NCBI GenBank assembly: GCA_030704615.1
Contig: CM060732.1
Coordinates: 61,132,001-61,196,000, forward strand
Reading direction: 5' to 3'
DNA length: 64,000 nt
Source of the DNA: Takakia lepidozioides
Taxonomy: Eukaryota; Plantae; Bryophyta
A program made the position numbers and the translations under genes. Shown piece by piece: positions 50,157 through 63,549 of this stretch (positions are counted from its first letter, which is position 1; every line of letters begins with the position of its first letter). A model generated the notes under the pieces. That model saw only the letters and a list, made by a program, of their open reading frames with translations. It had not been told where the DNA came from and did not search any database.

Positions 50157-51631
50157 CTAACAGTGTTCATCTTGATCTAGACCCTTTCTGGTTTGAGCAA
50201 GCAATGTACACTCTTCCTCCACCCATCCCATCAGATCTGCCCAAGACTCCTTGTCCTCTTCCTCTCTCATGTCACTCACTCCACAGGTTGTACCACCAAT
50301 CCTTGGTAAGTTGGCAACGCTATTCCCACACTCCCCAAGTATGTCTTGATCTAGGTGTTCATCTTGATCTAGACACTTTCTGGTTTGAGCAAGCAACGTA
50401 CACTCTTCCTCCACCCATCCCATCAGATCTGCCCAAGACTCCTTGTCATCTTCCTCTCTCATGACACTCACTTCACAGGTTGTACCACCAATCCTTGGTG
50501 AGTTGGCAACGCTATTCCCACACTCCCCAAGTATGTCTTGATCCAGGTGTTCATCTTGATCTAGACCCTTTCTGGTTTGAGCAAGCAACGTACACTCTTC
50601 CTCCACCCATCCCATCAGATCTGCCCAAGACTCCTTGTCATCTTCCTCTCTCATGACATTCACTCCACAGGTTGTACCACCAATCCAACGCTATTCCCAC
50701 ACTCCCCAAGTATGTCTTGATCCAGGTGTGCATCTTACATGTGCCTTTGTAGAAGAGTTTGGGATTTGCACAGGAACTTGCAATCTAGGTGTACACTCTT
50801 CATTGACACCTGATTGACTCTCCGTTGAACAAAAGATGTCTTCCAAGATCTCTTCTTCCATATCACAAAACACATTCACACAGTTTGTGCCAAGAGAGCT
50901 TACACTTTCGAACTCCATCCTTTTGTTGCTCCTCGATTCCCATTGTCCCAACATTTTGCAGCATGAATGTTGCATTCCACATGTTTCCACTTGTAGCCCC
51001 AGCCGGTGATTCTTTTCACTTCGGATCTGATTATGACTTGATGGACATGTAGTGCGACACTCCACTTGCTGACTTGTGTTGTTCAAATTGAGACCTCGAG
51101 GAAGCATTGCAGGGACTTCGCTGGTTTGTGGCCCCACCTTAAAGCAACTCTGTGACGTTGTTTTATTATCTGATCTTGGTTCACAATCAATGGAACTCAC
51201 TGATGTGAACTCCTTGTGATTATCCTTCTCAATCAGAGACAATCTCTCCTCTATCCCTGTGGCAAACTCTTCCACATTTGTATCTACCCCATCAAACTTC
51301 CTTGCTAACATCACTTTCCTCATTCTTGATTGACCTTCTTCTCCGAATTTCAAGACTATGGCTACTTGAAAATCATGCCAGTTCATGGGTCTTGGTTATT
51401 GCATGCGATACCACGTGATTTGAGATTCAGCTTTGCCGAAATAAATAGCTTGTGCTCGCCAAAGCTCCGGCCCTCACAATCCCTTTTCAGATTCTGGATC
51501 CAGCTGTAAACATCCTCATCCTCCTTCCCGTAAAATGGAATGTTAGTCACCATTGCTCGCAAATCACTCCTCCACCTTTCTACACTAAATCCTACATCTC
51601 CCGGATCAAAGACCGGCTAGCTCTGATACCA
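50157..51631 (-). mobile_element. Non-autonomous LTR retrotransposon internal region: tRNA-iMet PBS plus degraded gag with 3 x 192-bp in-frame repeats
   Basis: TGGTATCAGAGC (minus) at 51631-51620; gag-like FYGKEDEDVYSWI...NWHDFQVAIVLKFG; tgttcatcttgatcta at 50164, 50356, 50548. Confidence 0.7.
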
Positions 51632-51633
51632 AA

Positions 51634-54268
51634 AGAAGGGGGCATAAATCCCCTTCTGTGTAATTCTAACTGTACTTCTTCCAGTAAAAAAAGAACAACC
51701 TAGCAATCTACCAGCAGCACACGGTTATGGGTTTCCCTCCTATCGTAATCATGATCAGAGTTCATAAATCCTCATCCACGCCGCAGCGGAAGAGAAAACA
51801 TGGATGGGGATTGAATCCTTCTTGTTCATGATTTGCACAATCTTTATACAATTGCAGCACCAATGGTGCTGCTGTGATGTTTCAGTGATACAACTAGCCC
51901 TATGACGGAGCTAAATGCGACCCGTGTGGGCATCACCCTTGAGCAATACACGTCGAAACCCCTTTTGTAATGAGATCACTGCTAAGAGGAAGGCAACACA
52001 GATCTGCCATGAATTACAGGCCTAGTGATTCTCTGCAGATGTCATGGTTTTTCCTCTATCTCCCAGTTGACCATCCCTCATTACCCCTTTTACTGAGCAG
52101 CTCTCTCCCTTCCCAAACCTTTTCTCTCTCCTTCCTGCTGTAAAATTCCCTGGCTCATTTTCTTCCAACCAGCAGCCTATCTACATGCAATGCAAACACA
52201 TTCAGCCATGTATCCAGTGAATCCAGTCTTGGAATTAAACCTTGGACACACAAGACATGATCAGCTCTTCCATCAGTCTTTCTCTCACCCAAAACAGGCC
52301 CTTCCCACTGTTTGCCTCCAGAGACAACCTAGTTTGTCTGTCAATTCCCAACCTTCTACAAATCTGCATCTACACACCCCCAACAGCTCACTTTTGCACT
52401 TTCAGATTTGAACCACAGAGTTCAAATGTTGAGTCCACTCTGAACCAGTTCTAAACTCTACATCAGTGTCAGTTTGCAGCCCCATCCACCTCTTCCTCTT
52501 TCTGATTTCAAAGAGGTTACATCTAACCCTCACTAGTGCTCACATCAACTACAGTGGATTGCATTACATCTAATCATCAAAATCCCAGAGCCGCATTGTA
52601 TGCAGATTCATGATACTAAAGCCAAAGGAACAAAAACAAAACAAACAGCAAGCATTCTGTCACTGTGGGTGAACTACATCTGCCCTCAATCAACACTCCT
52701 ACAGACATGTGCATCAGATCCATTCATCTCCACCCCATCCTGGTTTGAAGTCCAGAGTCCCCATTCCATTTCTCAAAGTTTTTTTCCTGTCCTCATCACG
52801 CTCTCCGTTTGAGAGTCTCTACCAAAATTTCACAACAACAATTCCTAAGTGTCAAAAAGAATAAGCCTGATGTCTACGAATTTATCTGCCTTATACTCCA
52901 GGTGAAGCGGTGGGCCTGCCTGCCCAAAATGGCACCTCACCATCTCCGTTAGCAACTACCTTAACTCCTCTTGTCGTCTAGATTTGACGATTCCAGCGTT
53001 CATTAAGTCATGACGGCCCTATTTCAGCCTATGGCAACCCTCTGTAGCTTGCCAACTAACTACCCTATCTCACTATCTAAGCAAATCTACCCTAAGATCT
53101 GATATGATCTTACAACAAGAAGACAGTGATCATCTGAAAGCTTCCTGCATCTGTACATTCCACTCTTTACCTCCTTATTTATAGATAACCTGAGTCACCA
53201 TCCACAAGCCAATCCCTCATTCGCTTTGGCAGATGCTCGTTATGTCGAGCTGCTCTTCATCCTAACCCTCCATTGATTGTGTCAGCAAACCCACCTCCCT
53301 GTTCTCTGGCAGCTGGCCATTTCCCTTGCATGCTCATCCTCCCATGATCATGTTCATCAAGGCAATGGCGGCTCTGGTGGTTGCACAAGATTAGTGACAG
53401 CACCGCCTCCCTTCACCTGGCTTGAGCACAACTCTTCCAAGCTGTTCCATGCACGATTATCCTCTAGCAAGCCCTAAACTACCCATTCACCATAGCAGCG
53501 ACTGCACCACCTGTTAACTGATTGCTCCATCGCATGCCACACCAATCTCCCTGTAAGCATATCCTCCATAAATTCATCATTTACCAAGAAGATGGCGGCA
53601 CCGCTTCCCCTGCTGCACAGATTACCAAGCTGTGCCCTTATACTCTACATTAACACTTCTCTTAATGCAAGCCAGAATGCCCCAGTATAGATGCAATCGC
53701 CCTTGACACAATGCCTTGCCAATTCCACTGTTCGCAGCATCTGCTCAGAGCCCCCGTCATCTTCCCCTTCGTCTTCCTCGTCCCGCGTTTCTAGGGTAAT
53801 CACCAGTGATGAAAGTCATCCATTTTCACGAACGGAAAACGTGCTAGGTTTCATTAACAGAGTTAATCACAAATTCATTGCATCCTCGGCACTGGATCCT
53901 TCGTCCTCGTTCCTGGGAGTCATCCAGAGAGCATGGATGTAATCCATTCATCCTTCGGATGAAAATTACGCCTGGTCACGACTTAGCCACTTTCATCCTG
54001 GCAAAGTATCAGTATAGTGTGCCCATGAAATAACCTGTAGGCAGGGATGAATTCCGCCCATAGCATATATGAAATAAATTGAGCATTTTCATCCTGGCCA
54101 AGAGTCCCCCATCGTTCCCATGATGTAACCTAGAAACATGTATGGAATAAATTGCAAGGACAACTCAACCTATTTTCACATTGGTACCAGGGCCATTCCT
54201 TTGTAGCAATGCAGAATCTCAGTGAGTAAAACAAAAATTTAATGTCACTCCCCTACATTCACACTACA
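51634..54268 (-). mobile_element. Probable long 5' LTR (possibly composite)
   Basis: Non-coding, abuts the PBS; ends ...CACTACA at 54268 (TGTAGTG on minus) exactly where the flanking repeat (gatctgctattgctttggg) resumes. No TSD or second LTR identified. Confidence 0.4.
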
Positions 54269-56050
54269 GATCTGCTATTGCTTTGGGTGTTCAACTGTGT
54301 TTCGCGTGCTCACAATTTTTTTTTCATTCCGTTTTTGAATGGGGCGTGTAATGTAGCCATATGCAACGTGCGTGCCAAATTTGGGAGCGAACATAATTCA
54401 TTTGGACTTTGCAATAGTGAGCGAAGAGAACACTTTTTTTTTGGGGCATTTTTTATTGGTCCAAATTTTGGCAGGGGAGTAGTGGTGGGATGCTGGAAGC
54501 CGCAGAACAAAATTGAGCCAAAATAAAAATCGATACGTGCCAGAAACCCCCAATGAAAGGCAGTGCAAACCTATTTATTGGCCTAAAAATTAATTTAAAT
54601 TCAATTACATTATGGAATGGCTTGGTGTCGATGGGGAGGCAAATGATTTATTCGTCTGTTGTGTCTCCGCACACGTGTCGCACACATGTGGGCAAAAGAG
54701 GGGCTTCAACCACATCCGTTCAATGGGTGCAATAGCTGTGCACGCATTGCAGGATTTTTTTCTTCGCAATGAACAAAAACCAGATGACAACTCAACGCCT
54801 CATTGGCCCATCGAACGAATTTCGATTGATCTCATATTACACTGGGACCTATCAGAGGGTACATTGAACACACTGGCCAAGTCTCAAAGCGAACGAAAAT
54901 CATTTGGATGGGCAACCATCCGTCGGCCCATTGAACGAATTTCGGTTGATCTCAAATTACTCTGGGGCCTCTTCCATGGCACATTGAACATACTGGCCAA
55001 GTCTCAAAGCGAACCAAAATCATCTCGATGGCCAACCATCCGTTGAGCCATTGAATGAATTTCGATTGATCTGATATTAGTCCGGGACCTGTAAAAGGGT
55101 GTCTCGAACGTACTGGCAAAGTTTGGAAGCAAACAAAAATGATTTGGATGGGCAACCATCCGTTCACCCGTTGAATGTATTCCGCTGGATCTGCTATTGC
55201 TTTGGGACCTGTTGGACTGGGTTTTGCGTGCTCACGATTTTTTTTTCATTCTATTTTTGAATGGGGCGTGTATTGTAGCCATATGCAACGTGCGTGCCGA
55301 ATTTGGGAGCGAACATAATTCATTTGGACCCAAAACCACAGTTTCTTCCCTGTTTTACACTCCAAACTTGATTTGTGTTCAACTTCATGCATTCTTCATA
55401 GAGCGTTTTGCAATAGTGAGCGAAGAGAACACTTTTTTTTTGGGGTATTTTTTATTGGTCCAAATTTTGGCGGGGGAGTAGTGGTGGGATGCTGGAAGCC
55501 GCAGAACAAAATTGAGCCAAAAACAAAATCGATACGTGCCAGAAACCCCCAATGAAAGGCAGTGCAAACCTATTTATTGGCCTAAAAATTAATTTAAATT
55601 CAATTACATTATGGAATGGCTTGGTGTCGATGGGGAGGCAAATGATTTATTCGTCTGTTGTGTCTCCACACATGTGTCGCACGTTCAAGCACATGCGGGC
55701 AAAAGAGGGGCTTCAACCACATCCGTTCAATGGGTGCAATAGTCGTGCACGCATTGCAAGATTTTTTTTCCGCAATGAACAAAAACCAGATGACAACTCA
55801 ACGCCTCATTGGCCCATCGAACGAATTTCGATTGATCTCATATTACACTGGGACCTATCAGAGGGTACATTGAACACACTGGCCAAGTCTCAAAGCGAAC
55901 GAAAATCATTTGGATGGGCAACCATCCGTCGGCCCATTGAACGAATTTCGGTTGATCTCATATTACTGTGGGGCCTCTTCCATGGCACATTGAACATACT
56001 GGCCAAGTCTCAAAGCGAACCAAAATCATTTGGAGGCAAATGATTTATTC
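54269..56050. repeat. ~0.9-kb tandem duplication containing inverted 120-bp subrepeats
   Basis: gatctgctattgctttggg begins copies at 54269 and 55188; copy 2 has ~80 extra bp near 55330-55410. Confidence 0.9.
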
Positions 56051-56556
56051 GTCTGTTCATTTATTTGTGATTAATCGTTAATGGTGAAAATGATAAACCA
56101 AAGGTTCCTTGATAAAAAAAAAATTGAATGATTTGAAATTTTGCCAGTATGTTCTACATGCCTCTTACATGGACCGGACAAGTATGAGATCAATAAAAAA
56201 TGGTTCACAGGAGGAACCAATGGTTACTTGATGTGCCGATTTCTGAATGCTTTCAAACTTTGCCATTGCATTGTACATGCCCTCTTAAAGGTACCGGACA
56301 AGTATGAGTTCGATTTAAAATATTGCAATGGGTGAACCAATGGTATCTTCATTCAGCAATTTTTGATTGTTTTGAAACTTTGCCAGTATATTGTACATGC
56401 CGTCAAACAGGCACCGAACAAGTATGAGGTCATTCAAAAATGGTTCAAACGATGAACCTCGTATTTCCAAAAATTACGTAGACTATACAGTGGGTTGTAC
56501 ATTTTAAGTTTTCGCAACCTGAGATCTTTGGTCTACTCCCTACGTTTCTAGCATTT

Positions 56557-58075
56557 CTAGTCATCTTCATCTAGATTTATTACTTTGTTGTCGTCATCTC
56601 CAGATGTTGATGAAGATGCTCCGGGTGTAGAGGACGTGCCTCTACCAGTATGGAGAGCTCGAGCCTGGGCTCGAGTGGTCAAAGAAAGACCCAGTGTTGT
56701 GTGGTCCACCCTTGCCATCATGCGTAGCATTCTAGGCGAGTGCTGACTCTCTTCCACATTTGCTAGAGCCGGGTGTGTCGCTCTTGCTATGGCGGCATGC
56801 AATTTTTCAATTAATTCCAATATGTTTGGAAGTGGCAAGAACACCCCTGGAATAGGGGCAACTTGGTCACGCCATGTGTTCTGCCAATACTTTACAACAC
56901 TCGTGATCGCAGCCTTGAAATTGTCCAACACCTCCTCCTGCTGGGGGTCTCTGCGCAACTCTGGAAGAAATGGCCCTTCATCCCGACGAGGCACCTAGTA
57001 TGTCTCATTCATATCCTCCCAACAGATGCTAGCGGCCTCCAACTCCCTCAAAAATAGGTCTCTCCCAATCGGTTCGCGATTGTATGGGTTATTTTCCGCT
57101 GGCACCCACGGATCCTCAGGCAGTCGGAAGAATCTTTGTCTGGTACAGCTCCAATGCCCTCCCAAGTTCCGGCAAAAAAGCTCCCTTTGGACTGGTCCCA
57201 TATGCCTCTAGCACGCACGGTTATTTCCCAGTTTGATGTCACCCAAAAGGTCACCGGATCTTTAACCCTAGTTAACGTCTTCGCATCCAAGGCTCTCTCT
57301 TGGAACATCCCATGTCATTGTCTCCCCCCAGTGCTGCCAATTAAAAAAATCGTAAGGCGATACATCCAATGGCATGTTGTACCGGTTGTACTCGTATCCC
57401 GTGGGCATATTGTCTTGCAACCCAAACAACTCGTAGAAACGTCGATGAATTGGTCCATGGTAGTCAGGGCATTGGCTGGCTCGCATGGCTGCCGATATGA
57501 GACATGCGGGATGGAACAAATGGCCACATGAACCAAGCATATAGCCTCCCTCCGGTCCATAAGGGTTTAGGCACATTGTGCACACCGTACCATCTGTTAC
57601 CCATGACGTTGGATTGCTCTGTGGTATCCACGTCCGTTTATCCTCATGAATGTAGGATGACATCCTCGGCCTGGTGTCCCACTCCTCCTCTATTTCCAAA
57701 TCCCAGTTTATGCTGTTATTGGTATCGGAAATTGTATGCACACAGTGCTCAAACATGGCATCCACATCACCCCATGTGGTGAATCCAGTGTACTTCGACG
57801 TGAATACATCACGTACAGTGTCGTGTCTTTGCAAATTAGCAAAGATGCTATCTACGCTTCGATTCGACCAACGTGCTGCACGTTGGAGGGAGGACAACGC
57901 TTCTTCTATCCGTGTTTCCCGCGATGCTAGATGGCCCGCCCATGTCACCCAATTCCGCCAATTCCCCTTCAACCATGGCCATGATCGGATTTGCATGGCA
58001 TTTGCGTACCGATATGCAACAGCCCTAGCTTGCTCGCGTTCCCCCACAAGCTGCTTTAATTCCTGTTCTTGGGTC
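56557..58075 (-). pseudogene. RING-H2 finger protein pseudogene (TE cargo), 5' end missing
   Basis: CTMCLNPYGPEGGYMLGSCGHLFHPACLISAAMRASQCPDY (last Cys lost); overlapping minus-strand ORFs broken by frameshifts and stops; acidic tail VINLDEDD. Confidence 0.7.
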
Positions 58076-58077
58076 GA

Positions 58078-58402
58078 TATGGTCGCGCCTATTAAAAAAA
58101 GAAAAATTATGCGACCACCTTCCTGCTGGTGGTCGCACCTATTAAAAATAAACAAATCTGCGACCACCCCCCTGCTGGTGGTCACACCCATTAAAAAAAA
58201 TAAACAAATCTGCGACCACCCCCCTGCTGGTGGTCGCACCCATTAAAAAAAATAAAATAATCTGTGACCACCCCCCTGCTGGTGGTCGCACCTATTAAAA
58301 AAATAAAAATTCTGCGACCACCCCCTTGTTGGTGGTCGCACATAATAAAGAAAAGAAAAAAAAAAAGAAAAAAAAATGCGACCACCCCTGCTGGCGGTCG
58401 CA
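58078..58402. repeat. Array of TGCGACCACC-N7-GGTGGTCGCA hairpin repeats with A-rich linkers
   Basis: 6 full copies at ~50-bp period, between divergent genes. Confidence 0.9.
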
Positions 58403-58829
58403 GCTATTACTAGCGTGCGCAGTCATGATGACAGCGCGCGCCCCGTGTGTGGAGGAGGGGCTTATAAGGCCTTGGAGGCCATTCTCTCCCTCACTTTTCT
58501 TCACACCAGGACTTGGTGGGCGATGGGATGTTGCATTCCTTGTCATTGAGTCCAAGTGGAGATGGGTGCTATTGGTTGGGTGGGGGGTATTTTGGGCCGT
58601 TGGATTCTAGAAATCGATGTTGAGTACCTCCCGAGAAGCCCTCCTCTAGCACCCACGTTTTTTTCATTGCACATTGCGTCATATCATTTAGAACTGCCGA
58701 GGGAGTGACACGTGCCTCTAGTACTTGGGGAGGATTCATTAGGGAGTAGGATTATGTACAATTTAGGAGGGTTGGGAGAGCATTTTTCTTAGCAAACACC
58801 TGTCGAGTAGGGGTAAGCCAGAGCCATAA

Positions 58830-59905
58830 ATGGTAGAGGAGGAAGACAGAGGAGGTCATCCCAGGGATGACGATAATGAACCTGGACCTCCAAAAAAAAA
58901 CCCAAAAAGGGCCAGGCGCGAACTTCGTTGGGACATATACAATGACCCCAACATTCTTGCGGAACCAGGTTGGGAAGTTTGGAAGTTGGGGCAGCGGTGG
59001 TCGCTTGGTGACTGCAGGAAATTTGTGGATTGGTGTCACATAAATCGTTTGTGGCCCAGAGATAGGCATGATCTACAAACCAAACAAAATCAAGCTAGCT
59101 TGCATTCCTACACCAACCCGCATTTCCGCCATAGGGCAAATGAGGTACATACAACATTGTGGGGTCAACCGCTCGTCAACAACAAGGTCCCGTATTTATT
59201 TGCGGCCATGTTGTACACAAAGTTGATTTTATTGCGACCGGTGGATTGGCAAACTGCCACTGCGAGACAGCGTATTACACTATACATGTTCTCTGATATC
59301 CCAGACTTGTACACAACATGATAGCTAGCTTTGGCGGTCTTCAGGCTCCGTGTGTTTGCAGATGGCTGTCCATGGCAATCAGGGGCATGACATCATACGG
59401 TTCGATGGAAATGACGAGGTGAAAGAAGGAGGAAAGGCGGATGGAAACGACGATGTGGAAGAAGGAGGAAATGCAGACCAACCTCCAGATTATACGCCTC
59501 AACAGGTCTCCGCAGCCGGGCCTTCAACGTCTGAGGTGGAGGGGGGCGAGGTACGCTCTCTGTTGGAGGAACAGTTGGCCGCACATGAACAGCACATCAA
59601 AGACCTGCAGGACATTGTTCATTTGCAACGGTGGCAAATAGCGAAGTTGCTGGAAAGAATGAGGTTGGGGACTCTCGATAGCGTATGCGGTGTGCTTCAG
59701 GACACGAGGCCAATCACCAACTAGTAAGACATATTGGCGCGTTTGAATATGCCACCAATGGACATTGATCGCGTCATCGACGGGGTTGACTCAATCGGGC
59801 ATGGGAATGAAGTGCAAACGTCTGAACTGGACCCGGCGAGGGTTGAGGAAGAAAGACTTGCGGCGGAGAGGGCAAGAAAAGGGAAGGACCCCATAGTGGA
59901 AAGGG
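58830..59905 (+). pseudogene. Unknown-function gene (TE cargo) with premature stops
   Basis: Consecutive plus-strand ORFs 58830-59321, 59350-59724, 59734-59976 with protein-like composition (FRHRANEVH..LWG..FAAMLY..VDW, coiled coil); TTATAAGG...CCCTCACTTTTC upstream at ~58462-58500. Confidence 0.5.
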
Positions 59906-60860
59906 TGGTCGCAACATTTTTATTACAGTTGCGACGACTGCTACTGGTGGTCACACAATTGTTTAAAAAAAAATAGGTGCGACCACCAGGAGGTTGGTCC
60001 CCTTGCACCTATATGTATGTTTGGAGAGGCAGATGAAAAGCACATGTATCGACTCCCCATGGATTTGTGAAGGGGAAGATGAATGTTGGGAGCTGCACCT
60101 GGCCTTTGTGGCTTTCGAAACCATAATAGGAAATCAACAATGTAAAGGTAATGACGGAACACAAACACACGCACAATCACCAAACCCTTTCTTGGGTACA
60201 CATATTCCACCATTTTTATTTCCGTACACGTATGCATGTACCCAAACTGAAACATGGATATCCATGGAAACATACTACACATCATGTGACAGAAGTTATA
60301 GCTATACCTAATTCCGTCTGGCACGATGACGATGGTATGATCTCACGCCTAGTACAAAATCTTCGTCCCCACTCACTTCACCCCCGTTCCCATGATCAGT
60401 GCTAGAATCATGATCTCCATTTGTTCTTTTGTTTCCAGAGGCAACTGGCCGTAGTCGTCCTCGGAGTACGTTCAGTTGTCTCTCTGGTCGATTTCCACTC
60501 CTATCATGAATACCATCTAGGGTATCAGGCCTGTTCACAGGTCGGTCACCAACAAAAGGTTGCATAATTCTCTGCCGTTTCTGGGCTTGTCCCGGATTTC
60601 ATGGTGGCCTTGGAGCAGATCTCGTATGAGGAAAACTACTCGCACGTACATCAGAGGGGCCGACATGAGAGGAAGGGGCATGAGATGGACCAGCGAGGGT
60701 CGAGGGAGCACGGTTCACATGCGGACATCGTCGGGCCAGATGAAACGACAATGGCCGGTCGTCGTCATCCAATGGTTCGACTTGCAGAAGTCCCGCAGCA
60801 GAAGAACCATCTCCCAGGATCGGAGTAGCGATGGAAGGACTTACATGAGGGGGAGAGAGA

Positions 60861-63200
60861 CTAGATGGACCAGCATGGGATGGACCAGCATGGGATGGAC
60901 CGGCTAAGAGAAACATGAGATGGAGCGGGGTGAGATGAAGCACGGTTCACAGGGGCACGATGTTGGTGAAGGAATGACAACGGCCGGTCGTCATCATCCG
61001 ACGATTCCACCTGCACATCTCCCGTAGTCCGTGGAACTCGTGGTGGGGGAGAGTTGACCTCAACTTCATTGTTGAGAGTGTGCTCCACTGGGGGAAAGGG
61101 GTCCGCAATTGGGATGACACTATGTCGCAGTTCATCAATAACAAAGTTATCGAAGGATGGATGCATTGCAGCATCATCGTCATTAAATTCATATGGGTCA
61201 TGTGGAGGATTGTCCACATCATCGGACCTATCCCAACCATCAGAGTCGGAGTCCCTCGCGGCATCAGTGTCATCATTGCTGCTAGATTGGACCTCTGAGG
61301 CAGATTCTTCAGACAACAGATTTTTCTTGTACCATGCAGATGCGTCACTTGCTCTCATCTCTTGCAGTAGCCTACAATTCGTGTAGACATAAACCAATTT
61401 GTCAGCCCTGACAGGATTCATCCTGTTGCGAATATGGTTGTGAACAAACGAGTAAATGCTCCAGTTCCGCTCACAGGACGAGGTAGAGCACACTTGAGCA
61501 AGAATACGCTTTGCAATGGGAGTTAACGCTCTTGCTCCAGCTCCAATCAGATCCCACCATTCATGTGGCAATATGTTCATTGCTTTTGGATCCGACATAT
61601 CATGAAAAGGATTCTGCCCATCCGAGAAGCACTGGTGCTCGGACAACGCTCGCTCTGTCATGTTCAAGGGCGCAAGTTGCATGATGACTCGTACAAGCCT
61701 GGCTTTGGCATCCACATCGTCTCTCAAATCCGTATTGTCCAGCAAGAATGGATTCAGCAAGGCCCCCGCATAATGCAAGTCCGTGCGAACCATCCGTTTG
61801 CGGTCGTAAAATGCATCCTCGGTCCTTGCCGCCAAATCATCGTCCATAGAAAATGGAGGACGCCTCAAGGATTGCACGTGCTTCTCACGGTTTTCCAATA
61901 TCAACCATGCTTTATCCATTATTGGTTGTTTTCCATCAAACTCCCGCAAAGCAATCAACACCGGCTCCACCATGTACACAAAATTTGCACATTTCGCCCA
62001 GAAATCGTCATAGCGAATGATTGCGCGGACCCTCCGACTTTTGCTCAAAGACTTGGACTTACGAGAGTCGTGTAAGGTGCCCACATACGCATCCCATTGA
62101 GGGTCAATGATCACCTGCTCCAGACCCGCCCTCACAGTCACCAGTCGATCCACCATCAAAAAGTTTGTGACAAAGCGGGTTTCGGGTTCCTAAGGCTGTA
62201 TTTGGGTTCATGCTTACTAAACAATGCCAGAGGGATGTGATGTGTACGAATGAATGTCACAACCGACTTTGCCCTTTTTACTAGTTGTTTCATCCATGAT
62301 TCTTTTCCCCAATCCTCCGAAAGAAAATCAAAGATATGAGCAGCACACCCTTGGTAATATAGATGGGGATATCGTACCATCAAAATATCGGCCATATTAA
62401 TCATGTTAGATGCATTGTCCGTGCACACTTGGACAATTTTATCAGCTCCAATTTTATCGATGAAACTCGTTAACAACCCTGCTTGATAACGTGCATCTTT
62501 TCTCTTCCCACTTGTATCAACGGATCCCAAAAATTGTTCCCCCGCAGGACAGACCAGCATGACATTGAACAGTGGTCAATTAGTAACAGAACTCCAACCG
62601 TCCGCACATATAGTGCTTCCATATTTCCGGAGAGAATCACCTGTCTTTTCATTCACCTTTTGGGTGAGGTCAGACATAGTCTCTTCTAGCAATCATGTGC
62701 GGAGATCGCGATAACTCGGAGGTGTGTATGTGGACTTGGAATCGGACGTGGCTTTGACAGCAGCCACAAACACATGAAGTCTCGAGACATTGAACGGAAT
62801 ATGGGCCTCGTAGAAAAATTGGGCCCACTTCTTATTCAGAATCCTCCTGTGCGACAAATTTAAGCCTTCTTGCATTGATTATTGCCTCAATGGTCTGGTC
62901 CGTACAAGTGCTGGCGTACAATCGGGTGTTGCTCCTGACCCACCGGCTTCTCCACGAACAGCAGACGCCTCGCAAGAATCCCCCTGGGTACAACTCTGAG
63001 GGACAGTTTGATTTGAACTTGGAGTGTTTGGCTCAGAAGCCGCGGCCACATCAAGAGATGGTGGGATATTGCCTCCACATTGGGCAAAGTGGGCTTTCAC
63101 TCGCATTGAGGCTTTTGTGCATTGAAGCTGGCGGGTTGCAAAGATCGCAACCACAGACTTAAGGTTGAACGAAGAACACTAGTGTACTTGGTAGATTTGT
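60861..63200 (-). mobile_element. hAT-superfamily transposase pseudogene (BED-like finger, DUF659, dimerization domain)
   Basis: FFYEAHIPFNV, YTPPSYRDLRT, IVQVCTDNASNM, GCAAHIFD, LHYAGALLNP, WWDLIG..L..IAKRILAQVCSTSSCERNWSIYSFVH..RNR; several frameshifts. Confidence 0.92.
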
Positions 63201-63549
63201 CAAGAGCAATAGAAGTCAGAACAGAATGCGATGGCCCAACACAACGGCATCAATCCAAGTGGATCAATGCACCATGTAGTATTGTGCTTTTCGACAATTT
63301 GCTGCAATGGCTCTGGTGGAAGCCACAACAACAAACGGTCCGCACCCTTCTTTTGGGCTTACACTCTTGCTCAAGGAATAGAGAACATTCACTCGCCATA
63401 AAAATGTTTGCCACAAAAGAAATGAGGGGCATTGGGACCACCTTATATACCCTCCAACCTCCAAGCCTCACACGCTCGATGAATCAGATCCAATGTTGCG
63501 ACCGCTCCAGGTTGCACGAGGAAGTCGCATGTTATCTTAAAAAAAAAAC

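Noticed and set aside
58076-58239. N-terminus of the 323-aa RING ORF
   Set aside because: It is translation of the hairpin repeat array; the genuine coding sequence begins near 58075.
58078-58402. CRISPR-like repeat-spacer look of the hairpin arrays (also 45885-46205, 63550-64000, 44980-45640)
   Set aside because: Linkers are poly-A/T or duplicated rather than unique spacers, the repeats are degenerate, there are no cas genes, and the context is eukaryotic TE.
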